Below, piece after piece: positions 53,363 to 63,800 of a DNA stretch of 64,000 bases. The DNA is taken from the NCBI GenBank assembly GCA_963665115.1, contig OY762007.1:6368001-6432000 (forward strand), written 5' to 3'. The first letter of the stretch is position 1, and each line of letters starts with the position of its first letter. This DNA comes from an uncultured Rivularia sp. (lineage in GTDB: Bacteria; Cyanobacteriota; Cyanobacteriia; Cyanobacteriales; Nostocaceae). The translations under genes and the position numbers were made by a program. Below the pieces are notes generated by a model. The model searched no databases. It had not been told where the DNA came from and worked only from the letters and a program-made list of their open reading frames with translations.

Positions 53363-56300
53363 GGAATTTACTCAAGAACGAATTTTATCAGCTTTAAAGG
53401 AAGCTAGAACTAAACTTGAAGCTGTAGAAGAATCCAAGAATGAGCGAGTAGCTATTGTTGGTATGGCTGGACGTTTTCCTGGAGCTAATAATATTGATGA
53501 GTTTTGGCAAAATCTTTGTAATGGTGTCAATTCGATTCAATTTTTATCTGATGAAGAGCTTTTGAATTCTGGTGTTGATGCAGATACTTTAAATAATCCT
53601 AATTACGTCAAAGCTTATTCTAGTTTTGCTGATTTTGATGGTTTTGATGCCAGTTTTTTCGGTTATTCTCCCAGAGAAGCTGAAGTTATCGACCCCCAGC
53701 ATCGGGTGTTTTTGGAATGTGCTTGGGAGGCTTTGGAACAAGCTGGATACGACCCCGGAACAATACAATGGTGCGATCGGTGTTTATGGTGGTTCGTCTC
53801 TCAATAGTTATATTATTAACCTTTTTTTAAATACAAATTTAAGAGCAAATACTGATAATATCCAAGCTGTTATTAGTAATGTGATGGGATTAATGCCCAC
53901 AAGAGTATCTTATAAATTAAATCTTACCGGCCCAAGTTGTGGAGTACAAACTGGCTGTTCTACTTCTTTGGTAAGCGTGCATCTTGCCTGTCAAAGTTTG
54001 CTGAATGGTGAGTGTAGTATAGCTTTGGCTGGTGGTGTTTCTGTTGCTGCTGACGGTAAATCTGGTTATCTTTATCAAGCTGATGGTGTGTTATCCCCTG
54101 ACGGATATTGTCGCTCTTTTGATGCTAAGGGAGAAGGAACGGTTTTTGGTAATGGTGTTGGGATAGTCGTATTAAAAAAACTCAGTGATGCAATAGCCGA
54201 TGGTGACTGTATTTATGCGGTTATCAAAGGTTCGGCAATTAACAACGATGGCTCGCAAAAAGTTGGGTTAACTGCTCCCTCCGTAAGGGGACAAGCAGAA
54301 GTTATCGCTGCAACTTTAGAAAAAGCCGGAATTAATCCCGAAACAATTGGTTATATTGAAGCTCATGGTACGGGTACAGCATTAGGAGATCCGATTGAAA
54401 TTGCCGCTTTAAATAAAGTATTTCGTCAACATACCCAAGACAGAAAATTTTGTGCGATCGCTTCAGTTAAAAGCAATATCGGACATTTAGATGCAGCTGC
54501 GGGAATCGCGGGTTTAATTAAAGCAGCATTAGCAGTTAAATATGGCAAAATTCCCCCCAGTCTTAATTTTGAATCTCCCAATCCTCAAATAGATTTTGAT
54601 AACAGTCCTTTTTACGTTAATAATCAACTGCTCAATTGGGATAGTAATGGTACACCACGAAGAGCTGCTGTTAGTTCCTTTGGGATGGGTGGGACTAATG
54701 CTCATATGGTATTGGAAGAAATTAACCTCACCCCGCCCTTACGGGCACCCCTCTCCTTATCAAGGAGAGGGGAAGAGTATCAAACACCCCTCTCCTTAAC
54801 AAGGAGAGGGGATGGGGGTGAGGTTAAATCGTGGCAACTGTTATTAATTTCTGCTAAAACCCCAACAGCATTATCTACAGCTACAAATAATCTCTCAGAA
54901 TATTTAAAATCCCATCCAGATGTTAATTTAGCCGATGTCGCTTACACCTTACAAATAGGAAGACAAGCACAAGATTTAAGACGTTTTATTGTTTGTAAAA
55001 ATCATCAACAAGCAATTCAAATTCTGAGTAATATTAATGATGATTCCTCAATAACTCAAACGAACCAAGCTGCAAATAAAACTGTAGTTTTCATGTTTTC
55101 TGGACAAGGTAGTCAATATGAAAACATGGGAAAAGAATTATACGAAACACAATCAGTATTCCGAGAAACTGTAGATAATTGCTGCAATTTACTAAAACCC
55201 CATATCGGTTTCGATTTAAGAACCATTATTTATTCTATCCCCTCTACCCCCTCTACCCCCTCTCCCCCCTCTACCCCTCTCTCCCTTAACCAAACTGCTT
55301 ACGCTCAACCAGCCATATTCGTCATCGAATACGCTTTAGCTAAATTATGGATGTCGTGGGGAATTCGTCCGCAAGCCTCTATTGGACATAGTATTGGGGA
55401 ATATGTTGCAGGTGCGATCGCCAATGTATTTTCTTTAGAAGATGGTTTAGAGATTGTGGCAATGCGGGGACAATTAATGCAAAAATGTCCTCCGGGAGCA
55501 ATGTTAGCGGTAAGTTTAACTGAATCGGAACTGAAGCAACATTTAAATAAAGATTTGACAATTGCGGTTATAAATGCACCAAAAATGTGTGTCGTATCTG
55601 GTAATAATGATGCGATAAAACAATTAGAAAAGGATTTAACTGCTCAAGAAATTACTTGTCGTCGTTTACATACTTCTCATGCTTTCCATTCTCCGATGAT
55701 GCAGCAAGCGGTAGAACCTTTTGTAGCGAAAATGCAGCAGGTAAAATTAAATCCACCTTCTTTACCTTTTATATCCAATGTAACAGGAACTTGGATTACT
55801 CCCGAACAAGCAACAGATGCAAATTACTGGGGAAATCATCTGCGTCAAACGGTGCGTTTTGCTGATGGAATGAATCAAGTATTAGAGCAATCATCACCAA
55901 TTTTATTGGAAGTGGGAGCGGGAAGAACTTTAAGTACTATTGCAAAACAAGCTATAACAAATCAAAAACAATCTGTACTTTCATTAACTTCGTTACGACA
56001 TCCTTTAGAGAAAAAATCCGATATTGATTTAATTTTAAATACATTGGGACAACTTTGGAAGTCAGGAATCAAGGTTGATTGGAATGGTTTTTATCAAGAT
56101 GAAAAGCGACAAAGAATTCCTCTACCTACCTATCCTTTTGAACGCAAACGCTATTGGATTGAACGTCAGGAAAATAGTGTTGCACCAGAGGAAGAAGATT
56201 TACAAATAATTAAAAAGTCAGATATTGCTGATTGGTTTTACCTTCCTTCCTGGAAACGTTCTGTACCTGTAAACCTAACCCCCCAACCCCCTTCCCTGCG

Positions 56301-58335
56301 AGGGAAGGGGGAGAATTCAAATTCTAAGCCTATTCTACGAGAAAACGCTTTCGGGTTCATGGAGAGGGGTAAATGTTGGCTGTTATTTGTTGATGAATAT
56401 GGTTTGGGTTCGCAACTTGCTCAACAATTACAGCAATTAGAACAAGATGTAATTATCGTCAAAGCTGGTAAAGAATTTTCTCAGCAGGGTGAAAGCTATA
56501 CAATTGCACCGGATAATCCCGAAGATTACGACAAGTTATTTGAGTCTTTGGAAGAATTGGGAAAAAATACTCAAAAAGTCGTGCATTTATGGCAACTGGA
56601 AACGGATATTTTGGCAACGGATGCTGATTTTGAAGAACAACAAAAGTGGGGATTTCATAGTTTACTATTTCTGACACAAGCACTTGCTAAAAATCAAACT
56701 CAAAATCAAGATTCCACAACTGTGGAACTTTCTGTGGTGACAAATGAATTGCATGATGTCGTCGGAATAGAAACAGTTAACCCCGCACAAACAACTATTT
56801 TGGGATTATGTAAAGTAATTCCCCAGGAATATCCCCAGATTCGCTGTCAAAATATTGATGTTGTGATCCCCAAAACTAGATCCCCCCTAACCCCCCTTGA
56901 AAAGGGGGGAACAAATCATCAATTAGCCCCTTTTGAGAAAGGGGAAACAAATCATCAATTAGCCCCCCTTGATAAGGGGAGCCACTCCGTTGCGGAGGTT
57001 CCCTCCGTTGAAGGAAGTGGCGTGGGTTGGGGGGATCTAATTGCAGAATTAACCGTACCAACACCCGACTCAATTGTTGCTTATAGAAATAACCATCGCT
57101 GGATACAAACTTTTGAATCATTACCACTTCCGGAAGCTAACACAACCAATCTTCCCTTAAAAAACAACGGTGTTTATTTAATCGCTGGAGACTTGATAGA
57201 AGGATTAGGATTAGTATTCGCTCAATATCTAGCCCAAAAATTCCAAGCCAAACTTATCTTAATTGCACGCTCCGGAATTCCAGAAAAGCACGATTGGGAA
57301 AAATGGTTAGCAACTCACGGTCAAAATGATGCAATAAGTCACTGTATCCGTAAATTACAAGGATTGGAAGCACTTGGTCAAGGTTTACTATTCTTCAGCG
57401 CAGATTTGACAGATGAAGGTAAGATTCAAGAAATTATCGATAAAGCAGACCAATATTTTGGCGAAATTAATGGAGTAATCCATGCTGGAGTCATGGGTGA
57501 CAGAGCCAGTTGTTTGATAAATTCTCTCAATAGTGATGAAATTAAACATCAATTCAGTTCCAAAGTTCGCGGTTTACTGAATCTAGAAAAAGCCTTAGAA
57601 AACAAAACACCGGACTTTTACCTACTTCAATCATCCCTTTCAAGCATCGTCGGTGGAGTAGGATTTTCAGCTTATGCGGGTGCAAATATCTTCATGGATA
57701 CTTTAGCACGAGAACGCAATAAACAAGGTTCTATCCCTTGGATAAGCGTTAATTGGGATGCTTGTCAGTTAGAAGAAACCGAAAACACACCTACAGGTTC
57801 AGCATTACTTGACTTAGCGATGACACCCCCAGAAGTTTGGGATGTTACCGAAAGAATTTTATCTCAAACCGCAATTCCTCAACTTATCGTCACCCCTATA
57901 GATTTACAAACTCGCATCGATGAATCAATACAAACAAAAATAACCGATAGTCAGCAGCAATTAAACGCTTATACTCGTCCCGAATTATCTACTACTTATG
58001 AAGCACCTCGAAACGAAATTGAGCAAAAAATTGCTGAAGCAATGCAAGATTTATTAGGAATAGAAAAAGTGGGAATTTACGACAACTTCTTTGAACTAGG
58101 AGGACATTCATTATTAGCAATTCAAGCAGTTACCAGAATTAGAAAAGAATGGAACGTTGAACTACCAATGCGACAATTTTTATTTGAATCTCCAACCGTC
58201 GCGGGAATCGCCAAAATTATTAACGAAAACCTGAATCAAAACCAATCGGAAATTGCTGATATGTTAGAAGAAATAGAACAAATGGAAATAGAAGAAGTAG
58301 AAGAAAATTTGAGAAATACGGAATTGAATAACTAA
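53355..58335 (+). CDS. Type I PKS module 3: hybrid-type KS-AT(malonyl)-KR(atypical)-ACP; +1 frameshift at C-run 53753-53756
   Basis: ORFs join as AGYDPEQYNGAIGVYGG. KS VQTGCSTS; AT GQGSQ, GHSIG, HAFHS; KR dinucleotide motif altered (AGDLIEGLG); carrier GGHSL. Confidence 0.9.
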
Positions 58336-58435
58336 TATCAGGTTTGCTTAATTTCTCATTCCCCTAAGAAGCCCTGTTAGCGTAGCGTGCCCGCTAGGGC
58401 ATAGCGCAACTACGAACCAATTACCAATTACCAAA

Positions 58436-59500
58436 ATGGACTTTAGCTTATTTTACTTTGACGGTGACGGCTCGTTAGCTCAATCAAACAAATACAAACT
58501 ATTATTTGAAAGCGCTAAATTCGCAGATGAAAATGGTTTTACCGCAGTGTGGACACCCGAAAGACATTTTCATGCATTTGGTGGATTATATCCCAACCCA
58601 TCCCTAACCGCAGCCGCTCTAGCAATGATTACTAAAAAAGTACAATTACGTGCTGGTAGCTGTGTTTTACCATTACATGACCCTGTTAGAATTGCTGAAG
58701 AATGGGCTGTGGTTGATAACCTTTCTAATGGGAGAGCTTCTATTGCTTTTGCTTCCGGTTGGACTGTTGATGATTTCGTATTAGCAAAAGACAGCCACGC
58801 AAACCGCAAAGCCAATATGTGGAAGGGTATAGATATTATTAAAAAACTTTGGAGCGGTGAAGCGGTTGAACGTCAGGATGCTACAGGCAAATCATTTACT
58901 ATTAAAACATTACCAAAACCGATTCAGTCAGAATTACCAATTTGGATGACTTGTCAATCCAATGAAACTTTTATGGAAGCAGGTAAACTCGGTACCAATG
59001 TTTTAACTTCTTTACTTACGGGAACTTTAGATAGTATTGTTCCTAAAATTAAACTGTATAGAAAACAGCGAGAAAAACACGGTCACAACCCTCAATCTGG
59101 TAAAGTTTCTTTGATGATCCACACTTTTTTAGGTGATGATATTAATACAGTTAAAGAAAAAGTTAGAAGACCATTTTGTAATTATTTAAAAACCCATTAT
59201 GATTTACTAGAAAATTTGGCTAAAGGTATGGGTTTAAATGTTAGTCTTAAAGATTTTTCCGAAGATGATCTCGATAGTTTATTACTATTTGGTGTCGAAG
59301 GATTTATGAAAGGTAGGTCATTAATTGGTACTCCAGAAAGCTGTCGTTCGTTAATTGATGAGCTTGAGAATGCAGGAGTGAATGAAGTGGCTTGTTTGAT
59401 TGATTTTGTTCAAGATTTTGATTATGTGATGGAGAGTTTACCGTATTTGAGCAAGTTGAAAGAAATGTGTGAGCAGTCAACAGTGAGCAGTCAACAGTGA
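58436..59500 (+). CDS. Luciferase-like flavin-dependent monooxygenase (natural-product biosynthesis LLM type)
   Basis: MDFSLFYF, AKFADENGFTAVWTPERHFHAFGGLYPNP, PLHDPVRIAEEWAVVDNLSNGR, GVNEVACLIDF. Confidence 0.9.
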   Translation: MDFSLFYFDGDGSLAQSNKYKLLFESAKFADENGFTAVWTPERHFHAFGGLYPNPSLTAAALAMITKKVQLRAGSCVLPLHDPVRIAEEWAVVDNLSNGRASIAFASGWTVDDFVLAKDSHANRKANMWKGIDIIKKLWSGEAVERQDATGKSFTIKTLPKPIQSELPIWMTCQSNETFMEAGKLGTNVLTSLLTGTLDSIVPKIKLYRKQREKHGHNPQSGKVSLMIHTFLGDDINTVKEKVRRPFCNYLKTHYDLLENLAKGMGLNVSLKDFSEDDLDSLLLFGVEGFMKGRSLIGTPESCRSLIDELENAGVNEVACLIDFVQDFDYVMESLPYLSKLKEMCEQSTVSSQQ

Positions 59501-59708
59501 GCAGTGAGGAAGAAAGCGGAAGGAGCGGAGGGAGCAGAGGTGAAAAATCAGCTTCCTCATCTCTCCTTGTCCCCTTGTCCCCTTGTCCCCTTGTCTCCCC
59601 ATCCCCATCTATAATTCTGTAACCAATAATTCCTTATCCAGAATATTGTTTGCAATATTTAAACTTTTTTCAACTTTGTATCCAAATATTATATTATTTG
59701 ATTAGTGC

Positions 59709-59731
59709 TTATTGAAATTAATACTCATTAA
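59709..59731 (+). promoter_or_regulatory. Fur-family-like box upstream of the hydrolase-fold gene
   Basis: TTATTGAAATTAATACTCATTAA; a second AT-rich box-like stretch TATTGGAAATAATTATTATT at about 59770. Confidence 0.5.
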
Positions 59732-59821
59732 CGCCTGTGAGGGCTTACTGCATTGTGGGGCAATGTATGTATTGGAAATAATTATTATTCCGTAAAGTTA
59801 TTTTGCTTAGAGAGAGTCAGA

Positions 59822-60574
59822 ATGTCTATATCTCGTTATGATTTTGATGTCCTTTGGGTTAGCAGTAGCCCTTCTTTGAGAACTTTTAGTATGCCTCTGA
59901 TAAAAACATTGTCAAGGCATACAAAGATTGCAGGATGGGATTATTTTCAGTCTTTGGATGAACCTGCTTGTATGGATACGGCAGTAGAGTTATTACATAA
60001 ATACTTGAAAACCAAGCAATTTCCGATCCATTTGATAGGTCATGGTATTGGTGGTACGATTGCATTAATGTTTGCTCGTAAATACCCTGAATTTGTTAAG
60101 TCATTAACCTTACTTGCAGTAGCCGCACAACCTGCAAATACCTGGCACGCATATTATTATCAACAACGTCGAATCTATTCTCTGAGTAAAGCAGAAGCTT
60201 TATTGAATACTATTCATAATTTATTTAGAGAAGAAGCAATTCCTTATCCACACAAATTAATTAATCAATTTAATAAGGATTTGAATAATTTACCTTTGAT
60301 GCACTCAATATTCGATATAGAACAACTACCTATAGGCGGTGTTTCTATGCCATTAATGATATGCGGTGGTCAAGTAGATCCTATTTTAAGTTATCTGGAG
60401 TTATACAAGTGGAAGAAATGGTTAAAACCTGAAGATATTATATGGAAATGTCCTCAAGGTAGTCATTTTTTCCATTCTTTTCACCCAGATTTAGTTTCTC
60501 AAGAAATATGCAAATTTTGGGGAATAAAACAGAATCAAACTCGACAAGAAAATTTTGTTAAATATCAAATATAA
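59822..60574 (+). CDS. Alpha/beta-hydrolase-fold protein (cyanobacterial type, possibly IsiC-like); nucleophile elbow reads GHGIGG
   Basis: DVLWVSSSPSL, IHLIGHGIGG, YPEFVKSLTLL, GSHFFHSFHP; ATG at 59822 preferred over the upstream TTG. Confidence 0.75.
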   Translation: MSISRYDFDVLWVSSSPSLRTFSMPLIKTLSRHTKIAGWDYFQSLDEPACMDTAVELLHKYLKTKQFPIHLIGHGIGGTIALMFARKYPEFVKSLTLLAVAAQPANTWHAYYYQQRRIYSLSKAEALLNTIHNLFREEAIPYPHKLINQFNKDLNNLPLMHSIFDIEQLPIGGVSMPLMICGGQVDPILSYLELYKWKKWLKPEDIIWKCPQGSHFFHSFHPDLVSQEICKFWGIKQNQTRQENFVKYQI

Positions 60575-60661
60575 TATATACTAGCTACGAAAAATGTAGC
60601 TTAATCAATCTATTTTAAGCTGTTTATGGTTGATACGGTTCTATCATAAATATTAGTGAAT

Positions 60662-60692
60662 AAACTCCTAGCGATAAGACTAGGAGTTTCTA
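60662..60692 (+). terminator. Hairpin, possible terminator, between the hydrolase-fold gene and the NRPS
   Basis: AAACTCCTAG-CGATAAGA-CTAGGAGTTT followed by T-rich sequence. Confidence 0.45.
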
Positions 60693-60807
60693 TTTAGTTA
60701 ATAATAAAACAAGTATAATGATTCTTAAAATCAGTGCAGTCACAGAATTGTTATAAGAAAATGTTTTAAAAGTCGAACTTTCTAACAATGGGGAAGCGGA
60801 AATTGAC

Positions 60808-63800
60808 ATGGATGATTTGAGAAAACGCATTGCAGCATTACCTCCAGAAAAGAGAGCGCTATTTGAGCGTCAACTCCGAGAAAAGGGATTGCAGCTTGAT
60901 AGAGCAACTATCTGCAAGCGAGATAATCTCAAGGAGTTACCTTTGTCTTTTGCTCAACAGAGGTTATGGTTTCTGCATCAGTTAGAGGCGGATACTACTG
61001 CTTATAATATTGCATTTTCATGGCGTTTTACCGGGAATTTAGATATTGCATTACTACAAAGTTGTCTGAATACTATTGTGCAGCGTCATGAGATTTTACG
61101 GACTGCTTTTGTGGCTGTAAACGGACAACCGAATCAAGTTATTATTCCCGAATTACTACTAGCTTTACCTATTATTGATTTACGTACAGTTCCAGAATTA
61201 ACTCGTCAAATAGAAGTAGAGAAATTAACAAAACAAGAAGCTCGGTATCCCTTCAATTTAACTGAAGCTCCTTTGATACGAGTTAAAATACTTCAAATTA
61301 CTGACAACGAAAATATATTACTTTTAACGTTACATCATTTAATTGCTGATGGTTGGTCGCGGGGTGTAATTTTACGAGAATTAACCGCATTATATAAGGG
61401 TTCGACTTTACCAGAATTACCGATTCAATATGTAGATTTTGCAGTTTATCAACAGCAATGGTTACAGGGTGAAGAACTCGCAGTACAAACAGCTTATTGG
61501 AAACAGCAATTAAACAATCTATCAATATTAGAATTACCTACCGATAATCCTCGCAAGCCAGTACAAACATTTCGTAGCGCTACTGAATCTGTTCTTATTT
61601 CAGAGGAAATTTTACACAGTTTAAAAGACTTAAGCCGCAAGCAAAGCGTAACATTATTTATGTCGGCTTTAGCAGCTTTTAAAGTATTGCTGCACCGCTA
61701 CACTTCTCAAGATGATATCGCTATTGGTTCGCCAATTGCTAATCGTAACTGGACAGAAGTAGAACCGTTAATTGGATTTTTTGTTAATACTTTGGTATTG
61801 CGAACTGATGTTTCTGCTAATCCGACTTTTCTAGAATTCTTGCAACGAGTAAAAGATGTTGCAGCAGGAGCCTTTAAGCATCAAGATTTACCTTTTGCAA
61901 AGTTAGTAGAAGAAATTCAACCCCAACGTAGTTTGAGTCATAATCCTTTATTTGGGATAATGTTCCAGGTTCAAAATGAAGCTTATCAGTTACAAAATGC
62001 CCTCAATCCAGAATTGGCAATACCGGGTTTAAGTTTAGAGCAGATGTGGAGCGATTCCGGTTCAACTAAGTTTGATATGACTTGGCATTTGGTAGAACGA
62101 AATGAAGGTTTATTGGCTGTAGTTGAGTACAGTACGGACTTATTTAATCAAGATACCATCGCTCGGATGTTAGGACATTTCCAGGTTTTATTAAAGGGTA
62201 TTATTGATAATCCAAACCAGCATTTATCGGAATTACCAATTTTAACAGAAATAGAACATCAGCAACTTTTGGTGGAATGGAATAATACATATACAAAATA
62301 TCCTCTAGAGCAAGGAATTCACCAATTATTTGAAAAGCAAGTTGAGAAAACACCGGATAATATTGCAGTTGAATTAAAAAACCTAACCCCCCAACCCCCT
62401 TCCCTACAAGGGAATGGGGAGAATTTAAAGCCTCTCTCCTGCAAGGAGAGAGGTTTTTCAGATACTGTACTCACCTACCAAGAACTAAATAATAAAGCAA
62501 ACCAACTTGCACATTATCTGAGAAAGCAAGGTGTAAAACCAGATATGCTGGTGGGGATTTGTGTAGAGAGAAACCCTTTAATGTTGGTTGGATTATTGGG
62601 TATTCTCAAAGCGGGTGGAGCTTACGTTCCTATTGATGCAAAATTACCGAGCAGTCGCATTGCTTTGATGCTTGCGGATTCTCAAGTTTCTATTTTAATA
62701 ACTCAAGAAAAAATATTAGCTCAATTACCCGCAAATTCAGCGCAAACTATTTGTATTGATAGCGAATGGGAAACTATTTCTCAATTATCTATAAATAATC
62801 CCCTCAATCAAACTGTTGCAGAGAATTTAGCTTATGTAATTTATACTTCTGGTTCAACGGGTAATCCAAAAGGAACGTTATTAACTCATCAAGGTTTAAC
62901 AAATTATTTAAGTTGGGCAATAGAAGCTTATAATTTAGCTCAAGGAAATGGTTCACCAGTACAATCTTCTATTGGTTTCGATGCTACAATTACTAGCCTT
63001 TATGCTCCTTTAATGGTAGGAAAAACAGTAACGCTAATACCCGAAGAACAAGAAATTGAAGCTTTAAGTAATTTACTAAATTCTGAATCGAATTCTAATA
63101 ATGATTTTAGTTTGGTGAAATTAACACCCGCTCATTTGAAGGTATTAAGTCAACTCGAAACCTCACCCCCTTCCCCTCTCCTTAACAAGGAGAGGGGTGT
63201 GCGTCAGGACGGGGTGAGGTTAAACCCAACCAGAGCCTTTATTATTGGTGGTGAAGCTCTATTAGAAAATCATCTTGAATTTTGGCGCGAAAATTTTCCT
63301 AATACCAGATTAATTAATGAATATGGTCCCACTGAAACTGTTGTCGGTTGCTGTATTTATGATGCTTCAAATAAACCTTCATCTAGTACAGTTCCGATTG
63401 GAAAAGCAATAGCAAATGTGCAGCTTTACGTATTAGATAAATATTTGCAACCAGTTCCCATTGGTATTCCAGGAGAATTGTACATCGGTGGGGTAGGTGT
63501 TGCGCGGGGTTATTTAAATAAACCAGAATTAATCGCTGAAAAATTTATTCCCAATCCGTTTAAAGAACAATTACCAATTACCAATTACCAATTACCAATC
63601 ACCAAATTATACAAAACTGGAGATTTAGTTCGTTATTTACCCGACGGTAATTTAGAATATTTAGGACGTTTAGATAATCAGGTGAAAATTCGGGGTTTCC
63701 GCATTGAGTTGGAAGAAATTGAAGCTGTTTTAAATCAACATCCACAGATTGAATTTAATTGTGTGATTCCTTATGTTGATAATTCTGGGAATCAGCGATT

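Larger units (their letters stand above)
1224..55420. repeat. HIP1 octamer GCGATCGC, about 20 dispersed copies
   Basis: For example at about 1224, 2027, 7542, 9813, 18181, 29009, 33984, 39457, 47178 and 54453; a cyanobacterial hallmark. Confidence 0.9.
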
